This document shows, piece by piece, positions 1-9,581 of a stretch of 64,000 nt of DNA. The stretch spans positions 62,001 to 126,000 of the IMG/VR virus record IMGVR_UViG_3300027749_002876. One strand, 5' to 3'. The translations under genes were made by a program, and so were the position numbers. Each line of letters opens with the position of its first letter. Positions within the stretch are counted from its first letter, which is position 1. The notes under the pieces are model-generated. The model saw nothing but the letters and a program-made list of their open reading frames with translations. It made no database searches and was not told the DNA's origin.

Positions 1-505
1 ACATAAGTTTGGTGTAGATACAAATCGTAATCCTTTTATTGAAATAGGATTTGTATTTCATTGGAATTATAATTATATTGAATCATTAAATGAAGCACTA
101 TCTTTGTTAGAAGATGGTAGTAACGGATTGTTTAAAACAAGCCCGGGCAATGTGATAGTTATGGCCAAAGATCCAAAAGATTATGTCTTTGGAAAAAAGA
201 ATCATTATAAATTTAATGATGTATTGACAATGCATACCATTATTGATAGATTTAACAATCACATGCCTAATATACAATTGGTCATATACAATCAGAATAA
301 TACAGTTTTTTATAAACAATGCTACACACCAGAGTCATTTACAGGTAGAAAGCCTGGATTATATTCTATAGGGGATACCCTTATACTCTATGGTAATCAA
401 ACAGAAAACAATATAATAAGAATTCATCTATCAAACATCGGGGATGCATTGAAATTTATAGAACGAATTGAACTTAGTGTTGCCGGTCACGAAAGTTGTA
501 AGTGA
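1..505 (+). CDS. Hypothetical protein, 5'-truncated (frame open from the window start)
   Basis: Frame 2 has no stop from position 2 to TGA at 503-505. Confidence 0.6.
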   Translation, partial: HKFGVDTNRNPFIEIGFVFHWNYNYIESLNEALSLLEDGSNGLFKTSPGNVIVMAKDPKDYVFGKKNHYKFNDVLTMHTIIDRFNNHMPNIQLVIYNQNNTVFYKQCYTPESFTGRKPGLYSIGDTLILYGNQTENNIIRIHLSNIGDALKFIERIELSVAGHESCK

Positions 506-529
506 ATAATAAAACAGATAAGTAAAACT

Positions 530-1732
530 ATGTCAACAGAAACAAAACTAAACCATTGCACATTTTGTGGTGCCCATAAAGAAAAAGTTAAAAAACTCAT
601 TGTCAGTGAAGAGGTGGCAATTTGCAGTGATTGCGTAGACCTATGCAATAAATTGATGATGGATGATAGCCATGAAAAAATAGAACCAACGGAACACAAT
701 GTATCCTACGATCCAGAGTCTATCAAAGAATTTTTAGACCAACACATCATAGGACAAGATAGTGCTAAGGGTGTGTTAAGTGTAGCAATTGCTAACCACT
801 ATAAACGAATCAACAAGCCACCAAAAGATTTAGAAATCTCTAAGGGTAATGTTTTGTTAGTAGGACCCACTGGATCAGGTAAAACATTGCTTGCTAAAAC
901 AGTAGCAAAATACTTAGAAGTCCCCTTTATTATAGCAGATGCTACAAGTATTACTGAAGCAGGTTATGTAGGTGATGATGTTGAATCAATGATTAGTATG
1001 CTAGTCAATGCCGCCGGCGGCGATCCTAGACTAGCAGAACGCGGTATTGTGTTTGTTGATGAGATTGACAAGATTGCTCGCAGAGGTGAGTCAGCAAGTG
1101 TTACACGTGATGTATCCGGTGAGGGTGTGCAACAAGCATTACTTAAATTAGTTGAAGGTACTATATGTCGTATTCCAGCAAGTGGTGGACGCAAACACCC
1201 CGGTGGTGATATGCTTGAGATTAATACAAAAGACATTCTGTTTATTGCAGGTGGTGCGTTTGTAGGATTAAAAGAAATTATCAACAACCGCGAGAATGGA
1301 ACAAGTATTGGCTTTGGTGCAGAGATTAAAGATAATCGCAAAGAGTCAGAATTGACAAATGTGTCGCCTGATGACTTAGTTAAATTTGGAATGATTCCTG
1401 AGTTTATTGGTCGTTTTACTACTACAGTAAGTGTGAGTGATTTAAATAAAGAAGAATTGATTAAGGTTCTTAAGGAAGTTAAGAACAACTATATCGACCA
1501 ATACAAATATTTGCTCAGTTTAGACAACATTGCAATAGACTTTAATGAAGATGCATTGGATCAACTAGCAGAGAATTGCTTAAAATTAAAGACAGGTGCT
1601 CGTGGATTACATACTGAAATTGAACGCACATTAATGCCACATATGTTTAACACTAAAAAGTACCGTGAAAACAATGTTACCGAGATAAATATAGACAGAG
1701 ATTTAGTTTTGGAGCCAAAATCATTAGCATGA
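530..1732 (+). CDS. clpX: ATP-dependent Clp protease ATP-binding subunit ClpX
   Basis: N-terminal C4 zinc finger (CTFCG...CSDC), Walker A GPTGSGKT, Walker B FVDEIDK, RDVSGEGVQQALLK, RKHP, IGF loop, TGARGL. Confidence 0.97.
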   Translation: MSTETKLNHCTFCGAHKEKVKKLIVSEEVAICSDCVDLCNKLMMDDSHEKIEPTEHNVSYDPESIKEFLDQHIIGQDSAKGVLSVAIANHYKRINKPPKDLEISKGNVLLVGPTGSGKTLLAKTVAKYLEVPFIIADATSITEAGYVGDDVESMISMLVNAAGGDPRLAERGIVFVDEIDKIARRGESASVTRDVSGEGVQQALLKLVEGTICRIPASGGRKHPGGDMLEINTKDILFIAGGAFVGLKEIINNRENGTSIGFGAEIKDNRKESELTNVSPDDLVKFGMIPEFIGRFTTTVSVSDLNKEELIKVLKEVKNNYIDQYKYLLSLDNIAIDFNEDALDQLAENCLKLKTGARGLHTEIERTLMPHMFNTKKYRENNVTEINIDRDLVLEPKSLA

Positions 1733-1944
1733 GTGGAAGAAAAGTATTAGTGCAAGACGGCAACACAGAAAAAGCATTACGGAAATTCAAAAAGAAGATT
1801 ACTGATTCTGGGTTACTGCAGGAAGTTAGGGATAGACAAGAATTTGTCAAGCCCACTATCCGTCGTAAACTTGCAAAAAGTCAGGCAAAAAGACGCTGGC
1901 AGAAATACTTGCGTGACCAAAGTCTTCCTAAGAAAGAATTTTAA
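1729..1944 (+). CDS. rpsU: 30S ribosomal protein bS21
   Basis: EKALRKFKKK...GLLQEVRDRQEFVKPT signature, basic 71 aa. Confidence 0.9.
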   Translation: MSGRKVLVQDGNTEKALRKFKKKITDSGLLQEVRDRQEFVKPTIRRKLAKSQAKRRWQKYLRDQSLPKKEF

Positions 1945-1983
1945 GTTCCAAAATAGTAGATTTTTTACGTGTTTTTAGTTATA

Positions 1984-2055
1984 ATAAATACGTGTGTAGA
2001 TGCTCATGGTGAGGTCTACTTATACAGTCATCTTGCTTAATAGGAGAAAAATATG
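1984..2055 (+). promoter_or_regulatory. Late-type promoter (ATAAATA) plus ROSE-like RNA thermometer 5'UTR of hsp20
   Basis: Hairpin 1995-2018, then UCUUGCU-uaau-AGGAGA pairing over the SD with a bulged G. Confidence 0.65.
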
Positions 2056-2502
2056 ACAAAAACTTTAACCCTTCGTTCCCTCGACATTCCACAACTTCAC
2101 AAATTTGGCATCGGTTTTGATAACATGTTTGATGAAATTTTACGTGTGAATGCACAACAATCCAACAACAACTATCCACCATATAACATCGTTCAAATTA
2201 ATGAAGATGAATATACGATTAGTATTGCTGTTGCAGGCTTCAGCCAAGACGAGCTATCTATTACTAAAGAGAAAAATATCTTAGTAATTGAGGGCAAACA
2301 TGCTGATACTATTGAGGAAGAAGAAATTAACTATCTACATAAAGGTATTAGCGAACGCAATTTCCGTCGTGAGTTTCGACTTGCCGAACATGTGGTGGGA
2401 ATCTATTCTACATTAGAATTGGGTATTCTAAACATTCATTTAAAACGTGAGGTTCCTGAAGAACAAAAACCCATGACTATTGCTATTAATTACATTAAGT
2501 AA
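2053..2502 (+). CDS. Small heat-shock protein Hsp20 (IbpA-like)
   Basis: IGFD, YPPYNI, IAVAGF, YLHKGI..RNF.REF, GILNI.L. Confidence 0.95.
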   Translation: MTKTLTLRSLDIPQLHKFGIGFDNMFDEILRVNAQQSNNNYPPYNIVQINEDEYTISIAVAGFSQDELSITKEKNILVIEGKHADTIEEEEINYLHKGISERNFRREFRLAEHVVGIYSTLELGILNIHLKREVPEEQKPMTIAINYIK

Positions 2503-2567
2503 TATAATAGAAGTTAGTTAAATACAAGTGTGCGGGGTAACTCGCACACATTTAAAAAAGAAAAATT

Positions 2568-2873
2568 ATGTCCAAATCAGATACAAAAGTCAAGATTAAA
2601 CCAATAGTTAACTTGGTAGAACCTCCTCTTTATAAAATCATTTATATCAATGACACGGTTACAAGCATGAACTTTGTGGTTAACAGCCTGATTGGCTATT
2701 TTAATTACAATGAAGATACAGCTACTTCATTGACTCACAATATACATAACGAGGGTAGTGCAGTCGTTGCAGTTCTTCCATATGAAATTGCTGAACAAAA
2801 GGGAATTGAGGTTACACTAGATGCACGAAGCCAAGGATTTCCACTACAAGTCAAAGTAGAAGCAGAGGCTTAA
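2568..2873 (+). CDS. clpS: Clp protease adaptor ClpS
   Basis: EPPLYKIIYIND.T.M.FV...IH.EGSAVV...YEIAEQK...GFPL. Confidence 0.9.
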   Translation: MSKSDTKVKIKPIVNLVEPPLYKIIYINDTVTSMNFVVNSLIGYFNYNEDTATSLTHNIHNEGSAVVAVLPYEIAEQKGIEVTLDARSQGFPLQVKVEAEA

Positions 2874-3571
2874 ACCTCTATATCTATTCGTTTGGGCCAA
2901 TAAGGTTCTTTACCAAAACAAGAATTGTTGACATAATTAATATTATCTATTGTTGTGTCAACACTCTTATCATAACTCCCGTATACCCAATTACTTACTT
3001 TGCTTTCAGTATCGCTAAGTAGTGTATCTTTTAGCGCAAAATATTCTGTTATATTATGCGGTTCTTCTCCAAAAAATAATTCTGGACTTGGGGCTGAATG
3101 TGTTACTACTAAAATCTTTTTCACATCCAAATGTAGTTGAAGTTTTGCTAAACTAAGTCCTAAATACTGAATATCTTCTAGGTGCTGGGCATGTAGATGC
3201 ATTTTTTCTAAGTCTGAAGTTAATTCTATCTTATTTACATACCATCCATTACAACCTAGTATTGCAACACCATTAATGATAACCACATATTTATGCAGGA
3301 AAGAAACTTTAGGGATAGTTTTGCACAATCTAGTTAATTCATCATTTCGGTGTTTTACAAAGTGCATAGATTCGTATTCAGACGATCCTGCAATGTAGAA
3401 CACACCTTGATAGAATCTACTAAGATGAAGTAGCGTTTGATGTATGATCCTCAATTCGTTGCTGATATTGCCGGCTATCACTAGATATAAACTGGTAGCC
3501 TTACCTTCCCAATCAAAGTGGTCCTCAGCGTCCAAATTAAGGTCGCTGATTACATCAAACCCTATATTCAT
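2870..3571 (-). CDS. Calcineurin-like metallophosphoesterase (degenerate metal ligands)
   Basis: ISDL, IAGN, YIAGS.EY, VVTHSAP, WVYG; several canonical His/Asp residues replaced. Confidence 0.7.
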   Translation of the reverse strand: MNIGFDVISDLNLDAEDHFDWEGKATSLYLVIAGNISNELRIIHQTLLHLSRFYQGVFYIAGSSEYESMHFVKHRNDELTRLCKTIPKVSFLHKYVVIINGVAILGCNGWYVNKIELTSDLEKMHLHAQHLEDIQYLGLSLAKLQLHLDVKKILVVTHSAPSPELFFGEEPHNITEYFALKDTLLSDTESKVSNWVYGSYDKSVDTTIDNINYVNNSCFGKEPYWPKRIDIEV

Positions 3572-3885
3572 TAAGCTTGTGGCTTAGCTTTTGGCTTAGC
3601 CGGAGCTTTTGCTTTAGCCGGAGCTTTTGCTTTAGCCGGAGCTTTTGCTTTAGCTGAAGTTTTTGTAGCTATTGTGGCTTCTGTTCCCAATGGGATCACT
3701 TCTACTACAGGAGCAACTTCTTCCACTTTTACAGGCTCAGCGACTACGGGTGTTGTTGAAACAGGTAATTCAACTTTGTACGGAACTTCTTCAATTGTTG
3801 ATTCTGCTTGTTTACGTTTTTGATTAACGCTATAGATCCAATAACCTACTAAACCTAAAATGATTGCTACTAAAATAATTTCCAT
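3571..3885 (-). CDS. Membrane-anchored protein with Lys/Ala/Pro-rich C-terminal repeats
   Basis: N-terminal hydrophobic helix; (AKAKAP)n tail. Confidence 0.7.
   Translation of the reverse strand: MEIILVAIILGLVGYWIYSVNQKRKQAESTIEEVPYKVELPVSTTPVVAEPVKVEEVAPVVEVIPLGTEATIATKTSAKAKAPAKAKAPAKAKAPAKPKAKPQA
3599..3654. repeat. 18-bp tandem repeat x3 (GCCGGAGCTTTTGCTTTA)
   Basis: Seen directly; encodes the KAKAPA repeats. Confidence 0.9.
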
Positions 3886-3966
3886 TTTTATCTCCTAAAC
3901 ATATATTTAATCGGGTAAGATACCTAAAGTTTTTTTCCTGAAAAGTGTGTAGTTTCCATAATAACA

Positions 3967-4476
3967 ATGTATCATAAATACATGATGTTCAGAACCACTA
4001 CTATCGCCAATCTTATGCTTGAGGAATTGCCACCAATTACCTATCAAAAACGGCTTTATTATAGGACCGATCATGGTGAGGTAGTAGTATTATACAAGAT
4101 GTTAAATAAATTAATTTTCAACAATAAATTAATAATGCCCGAGATTGAAGTAATGCCTCGTTGTAGAAAGTATTGGGGAATGTGTTTTGCAACCATAAAC
4201 ATGCCCACCAAGACTGAGAGTTTTTGCAAGATCAGGTTGATGGATAAATGGTATTGCAAACAATGGCTCATCACAGTGTTAGCACATGAAATGTGTCATC
4301 AATATCAATGGGATGTACAAGGGGTGCAAAGACTTAATGAGGGTAAACAACCTATTATGAGTCATGGCCCTAGTTTCTTTGTGTTTAGAGATAAGTTAGC
4401 AAAGCATGGTATTTCACTAAAAAGCGCACATAGTCGTAGACGCTGGTTCAAACATCAAAACTTATTTAAGTGTTAA
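3967..4476 (+). CDS. SprT-like zinc metalloprotease (true start probably 3981/3984)
   Basis: LNKLIFNN.L, LAHEMCHQYQ (HExxH), SHGPSF. Confidence 0.85.
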   Translation: MYHKYMMFRTTTIANLMLEELPPITYQKRLYYRTDHGEVVVLYKMLNKLIFNNKLIMPEIEVMPRCRKYWGMCFATINMPTKTESFCKIRLMDKWYCKQWLITVLAHEMCHQYQWDVQGVQRLNEGKQPIMSHGPSFFVFRDKLAKHGISLKSAHSRRRWFKHQNLFKC

Positions 4477-4505
4477 TTCTGATAAATACTATATAGGTAT
4501 ATATT

Positions 4506-5930
4506 ATGAGAGCACACCAATTTTTAACTGAAGCACCACTTACCCCCGGAAGTTTGTTTGACCCCCGTCACTTAAAGTGGAGACCACAAAACTTTCTTAA
4601 AAAGTTAGAAGCAGGTACGCCATTTGTTGACAAAGATGGTGTTAAGTATTATCCGGACGATGGAGAATTTTCAAGAATTACTCCTATTGTTACTCAAACA
4701 CTAAAACAACTTGCAACACAACCCAACGCACCTTTACCAAGCATTGTAATCAATACTACTGATGCAGGACCGGTGCCAGTAAGTAAATTTCAAAAGGCTG
4801 ACTTAGAAACAGAAAAGGGTAAAAAGTCAAGTGAGGTTAATGTTCAACCATTGGGCATTGGCATTGCGGCTGATCCTATCAACAAACCGGGTACAAAGCC
4901 AAAAGACAAAATAACAATGACAACTGACGAAGAAATTAAAACTGCGTTGGACAAACATCAAGAAATTAAAGCAGGTAACTTGTATGATGTTATCATGTCA
5001 AATAAAACACTTGACTCTGCAGGTTTATTAGGCAAAGCAATTAAACAGGCTGCAACTGAAATGAATAATAGCCAAGTACCTGTTATTAAACAATACGATG
5101 AAGCTATGCAAAGAAAGATTGCTATTGATGCCGGTGAGTATTTAGGTGTGCTGGCAATGGTTAAAGATGTTGCTGAATTCCCTAAGAAGGCCGCCTTCTT
5201 AAATTTTTTGCGCTCACCTGATTTTGGTAATTTATCTCTTATTTTCCCCGGTGAACAGAATTCACCACTAGGCGATAGTTACGGAGTTCAAAATGCAGAA
5301 ACTGGCCACAACATTATTATCAGTAGTAAAGGTGGTAAAGGTAGTACTGCTTCAGGTGCGGCACCTAGTCTAGGTGGATTGCGTACATCTGTTGACAAGC
5401 GTAAAACAAAAATTAAAAAAGGCAATGCACTTGATTTCATAAATCACATTATTCAAGTTAGCCCAACATCGGCACAAGGTTTTGCTGGTATGAATTGGAT
5501 TGCAAATAATTATCCAGAAGCTGTACCAGAAAAGTATAGAAAATTAATTCCCTTTTACAGTGAAGATATTAAGGCAGTTTTGAAAAATATTCGTACTAAG
5601 AATGCAGAACCAATGCCCAAAAAATTCTTACCATTAATACAAGCACCAAGTATCCAAGCAAGTAAAGGTACTGATGGTGGTAAATTGGTATATGTAGTAA
5701 CCAAAGATTTGGTAGACGCTATTAATACCGGTATCATTAAAAACTTTAGAACAACTGTATTAGAATTACTAGATGAAAACTTTGTACAAATATTCTCACG
5801 CATTGTAGGTGGCAAACTAACTACCAAGGTATTGTGGCCTGGTAAAGTAGACGGCAATGTAGTATTACATACAAAAATTGCACCCGGTGAACCCGGTAAA
5901 GCTGGCTTGAGTTTTAAGGTTACCGATTAA
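4506..5930 (+). CDS. Late hypothetical protein, possibly head-packaged
   Basis: 474-aa ORF after GATAAATA; MRAHQFLTE N-terminus. Confidence 0.7.
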   Translation: MRAHQFLTEAPLTPGSLFDPRHLKWRPQNFLKKLEAGTPFVDKDGVKYYPDDGEFSRITPIVTQTLKQLATQPNAPLPSIVINTTDAGPVPVSKFQKADLETEKGKKSSEVNVQPLGIGIAADPINKPGTKPKDKITMTTDEEIKTALDKHQEIKAGNLYDVIMSNKTLDSAGLLGKAIKQAATEMNNSQVPVIKQYDEAMQRKIAIDAGEYLGVLAMVKDVAEFPKKAAFLNFLRSPDFGNLSLIFPGEQNSPLGDSYGVQNAETGHNIIISSKGGKGSTASGAAPSLGGLRTSVDKRKTKIKKGNALDFINHIIQVSPTSAQGFAGMNWIANNYPEAVPEKYRKLIPFYSEDIKAVLKNIRTKNAEPMPKKFLPLIQAPSIQASKGTDGGKLVYVVTKDLVDAINTGIIKNFRTTVLELLDENFVQIFSRIVGGKLTTKVLWPGKVDGNVVLHTKIAPGEPGKAGLSFKVTD

Positions 5931-5942
5931 TACCAAAATCAT

Positions 5943-5971
5943 TTGACTTCAACACAGACTTCTGATATAAT
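5943..5971 (+). promoter_or_regulatory. Sigma70-type promoter for clpP
   Basis: TTGACT-17-TATAAT. Confidence 0.75.
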
Positions 5972-5999
5972 AGTGTAAACATTTTTATAAAGGAAGTTT

Positions 6000-6587
6000 A
6001 TGAGTCTAGTCCCAATGGTAATCGAGCAAACCGCTAAAGGTGAGCGTAGTTACGATATATACAGCCGTCTATTGCGCGACCGTGTTATTTTGCTAGAAGG
6101 CGAAGTACATGATCAAATGGCCAATCTTATTGTTGCCCAACTCTTGTTCTTAGAGTCTGAAGGTGACAAAGATATATCAATGTACATCAATAGTCCCGGT
6201 GGTTCAGTTACAGCAGGTATGGCAATCTATGATTGTATGCAGTTCATTGCTCCCGACATTCACACTATTGTTATGGGTCAAGCATGTTCAATGGGTAGCT
6301 TACTTGCACAAGCAGGTGCTAAAGATAAACGATTTATGTTGCCAAACGCACGACATATGATTCATCAACCTTCTGGTGGCGCCCGTGGTCAAGCAACTGA
6401 TATGTTGATTCAAGTGGAAGAAATGCTGGCAATGAAAAAGAACCTCACACAAATCTATGTTAACCACAACAGTGCAGGCAAGACATTCGAACAACTAACT
6501 GCTGATATGGAACGTGATAACTTTATGTCTGCACAACAAGCATTAGCATATGGTCTAATCGACAAAATCATCGATAAACGCAGTTAA
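6000..6587 (+). CDS. clpP: ATP-dependent Clp protease proteolytic subunit
   Basis: LVPMVIEQ...[18 protein letters not shown], catalytic ACSMG / MIHQP / ERDNF. Confidence 0.98.
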   Translation: MSLVPMVIEQTAKGERSYDIYSRLLRDRVILLEGEVHDQMANLIVAQLLFLESEGDKDISMYINSPGGSVTAGMAIYDCMQFIAPDIHTIVMGQACSMGSLLAQAGAKDKRFMLPNARHMIHQPSGGARGQATDMLIQVEEMLAMKKNLTQIYVNHNSAGKTFEQLTADMERDNFMSAQQALAYGLIDKIIDKRS

Positions 6588-6659
6588 ATACGCTTTACCC
6601 ATCTTGTAGTCAGTAATTTACTAATCATAAATACAATATGACTAACAGATGGGTAACCC

Positions 6660-9563
6660 ATGGATGAATTAGATCCGCGTAAATTATACGAACTTTCGGA
6701 ATCTCTCAACGAACTTACCGGTACAGTAAAATATACCGGCACAGCCATGCAGTCCATGTTGGGACCTCAGGCTGAAGCAAACAAGAAATTAAAAAACTCA
6801 GGTAAAAAACGTGCCAAGGTTGAAGAACAGGCGGCTGAACAACAAGCAAAGCAGTTAACCAAACAGGAAGAATCTCAAGCAAAACAGAAAAAAATGCTTG
6901 ATGATGAGTTACGATATCGCGGCTACGCAATAGATGCAACAGGTAACTTAACTAAAACAACCACATCACTAAGTGGTGCTCAAAAGCAAGCACTAGAATC
7001 ATTGGATAAGCGTATTGCCAAAGAGCGTGAACTTGCTGAAGTAATTAAAGATCCAGTCAAATCATTTAGAAGCATATCAAGCAGTATAAACAGCCTCGAC
7101 GGTGTTATGGGCCAGATGCAGGAGAAGATGTTTGAGATGACTGGTAAGAGCGTGCCAATGGCAGCAGGTCTTATCGCAGCCACAGCAGTTGTCGGTGGAG
7201 TAGTTAAAGCCGCAACCGGAATGGCTGACTCACTATATAAAGGTGAACGTGGTGCTAAAGTTGGTGCTAAAGCAGTTAAAGATTTAAATGATTCAGTAAC
7301 TAAAGCCGCATATGGTATCAGTGCGGCACTGATGTTTATGCCCGGATTGGGAATTGTTGCTAAAGTATTAGGAGCCGCAATTGGGCTGTTTTCTTTGGCA
7401 ATGGAGGGTTCCACAAAACTAATAGAAATGGGTGCAGAGTATAACGATAAGGTATACGATTCATTCAATAAATTAAGCGAGACGGGGTTAATAACAGCTA
7501 AGGGCATGAGTGGTGTTAGTAACACCATGGAAAAGCTAGGAGTAACAAGTGCTGAAATAGAGAAGATGAATTCTCTATTAGCAAGCAACTCAAAAGACTT
7601 AGCATTATTTGGTGGGACTGCGGCAGGTGGATTAGAAAAATTCACAGAAGTTGCCGGAACTATTTCACATCCAGCAAGTGAATTAAACAAAAAATTAATG
7701 TTGCTTGGTATATCAAGTGACGAACAAAGAGAACATACATTAAAGTACATGGCTTTGCAAACACGCATGGGCATGACGCAAGGCAAGACACAAGCTGACC
7801 TAGTTAAAGGTTCTGTTGCCTACATGGAAGAACTAGATAGAATTGCTTCTATCACTGGAATAGGTCGTAAAGAACAAGAAGAAGCACAGAAGCAGGTAAT
7901 GGCTATTGAAGAATTACGTGCGGCAATGTTCCAAGCTGAACGTAGTAGTGATACTAAACGACAAAAAGAATTAGAAACAGCATTTAAATACTCTAGCCGA
8001 TTGATGGCTGAGGGTAGAAAGAAAGAAGCGGCCGGTGTTGCTAAGTATTATGCCGCAGGTAAAAATGTTGTTGACAGTGATTCGGCAATGGCAGCACAGA
8101 ATAGTGCAGGTGCTATTAAAGCTATTGGTGAAGGTAAAGAAGGCGAAGATGTTTATCAAGAAGGCATCAAGAGTGCTAAAGAATCTGCTATACGTACAGC
8201 AGGCACTAAGCGAATTGGCGGTGATGTGTCTAATCAAATTGGAGACTTCAATGCTACACTAGATGCTATTAAACGTAGTGAGAAGTCGCAAGAGGAAATG
8301 AAGAAACTGGGTCTAAGTCCAGAAGCATATGCTAAAAAACTTCAAAAAGAAAAAGAAGAAAAGCCTGATCCAAATTTAGCAAAGAATGTTGATGCTATGC
8401 AGATACAGCAGAAGGCTGGTTTGACAATGGATCAAGCGGCAAAGGCAATGGATGGTGCAGGTCTTGCAATGGCATCATCAGTTAAGGCATTTAATGAGGC
8501 AGTGAAATTATTTAATCAAGCTTCTGGTACTGGCCCAGCACAAGGAGCCGCAGTAGAGAAAGCTAAACAAGCAGATACAGCGGCATTGAATAAACAACAA
8601 GCCGCAATGGATGCTAATAAGAAAACGCAAAATGATCCAACTGCAACAAAAGCACAAAAAGAATCTGCACAAAAATCAGAGGATGATGCTAATAAAGAGT
8701 CAATGAAGGCAATGGCGGCTAAGAGAGAAGCCTTCCTAAAAGAACAAAATGAATTACGTGAACTAAACAAAAAACAACGTGGTTCCGGCAAAGAAGTATT
8801 CAAGACCATGGAAGATGCACGAAAGGCTGGAGCCGCACCAAAAGCTGAAACAGCTCCGACGGCGGCTGCACCAAAAGCTGAAACAGCTCCGACGCAGGCT
8901 GCTAAGCCGGCATCATCACCTACGCCATCACCCGGTGCACCTTCAGAAGGTCACAGTGAAGGGGGTACAGAAAAATCAGCACCACCGGCTGCGCCAACAT
9001 CGGCTCCACCAGTTTCATTAAAATCAAGCTCAACCAAAACTGATTTATTAATAGCAAATGAACCAGTCACTGCTGATAAGCCATTAAGTAAAACACAAAT
9101 GTCAATAATTGAGCTTGGTATTAGTCAAGGAAATAAATTCTCTGACATGGTAATGCAAAAGTTCAATTCTCAAATGTTTGGTGCCAAACCAGTAGCTCCA
9201 AATTCTAAACCTGTGGGTGATGTTGAAATTCCAATTGACAAGGCTGCGACCGGGGGAGTATTTGACGGGCCGGGTAAGAATTCAGTAATGCTAAACAATA
9301 GCACTATGGCTGCAAATGATATATTAGCTTCACTCAGAGAATCATTTGGTAGTGTTCAAAAGAAATCAGTTGAGAGTGAATTACCAAAATTAACTAAATT
9401 TAATACAATGACTTCTTCAAGTAGAGGTATTTCAACAAATAGTTCAATGGACATACTAGAAAAATTTACTGACATTATGGAACAGAAACTATCCGACGTT
9501 ATAGATGCTATATCGGATAACAATAACATTAAAGAAGAAATCTTACTTTACAGTAAAGCATAA
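6660..9563 (+). CDS. Long alpha-helical virion protein (tape-measure/baseplate-hub-like)
   Basis: 967 aa, Ala/Lys/Glu-rich coiled coil, hydrophobic Gly/Ala segment, Pro-rich linker, late promoter upstream. Confidence 0.5.
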   Translation: MDELDPRKLYELSESLNELTGTVKYTGTAMQSMLGPQAEANKKLKNSGKKRAKVEEQAAEQQAKQLTKQEESQAKQKKMLDDELRYRGYAIDATGNLTKTTTSLSGAQKQALESLDKRIAKERELAEVIKDPVKSFRSISSSINSLDGVMGQMQEKMFEMTGKSVPMAAGLIAATAVVGGVVKAATGMADSLYKGERGAKVGAKAVKDLNDSVTKAAYGISAALMFMPGLGIVAKVLGAAIGLFSLAMEGSTKLIEMGAEYNDKVYDSFNKLSETGLITAKGMSGVSNTMEKLGVTSAEIEKMNSLLASNSKDLALFGGTAAGGLEKFTEVAGTISHPASELNKKLMLLGISSDEQREHTLKYMALQTRMGMTQGKTQADLVKGSVAYMEELDRIASITGIGRKEQEEAQKQVMAIEELRAAMFQAERSSDTKRQKELETAFKYSSRLMAEGRKKEAAGVAKYYAAGKNVVDSDSAMAAQNSAGAIKAIGEGKEGEDVYQEGIKSAKESAIRTAGTKRIGGDVSNQIGDFNATLDAIKRSEKSQEEMKKLGLSPEAYAKKLQKEKEEKPDPNLAKNVDAMQIQQKAGLTMDQAAKAMDGAGLAMASSVKAFNEAVKLFNQASGTGPAQGAAVEKAKQADTAALNKQQAAMDANKKTQNDPTATKAQKESAQKSEDDANKESMKAMAAKREAFLKEQNELRELNKKQRGSGKEVFKTMEDARKAGAAPKAETAPTAAAPKAETAPTQAAKPASSPTPSPGAPSEGHSEGGTEKSAPPAAPTSAPPVSLKSSSTKTDLLIANEPVTADKPLSKTQMSIIELGISQGNKFSDMVMQKFNSQMFGAKPVAPNSKPVGDVEIPIDKAATGGVFDGPGKNSVMLNNSTMAANDILASLRESFGSVQKKSVESELPKLTKFNTMTSSSRGISTNSSMDILEKFTDIMEQKLSDVIDAISDNNNIKEEILLYSKA

Positions 9564-9581
9564 TTCAAAGGTCGTATCAAA

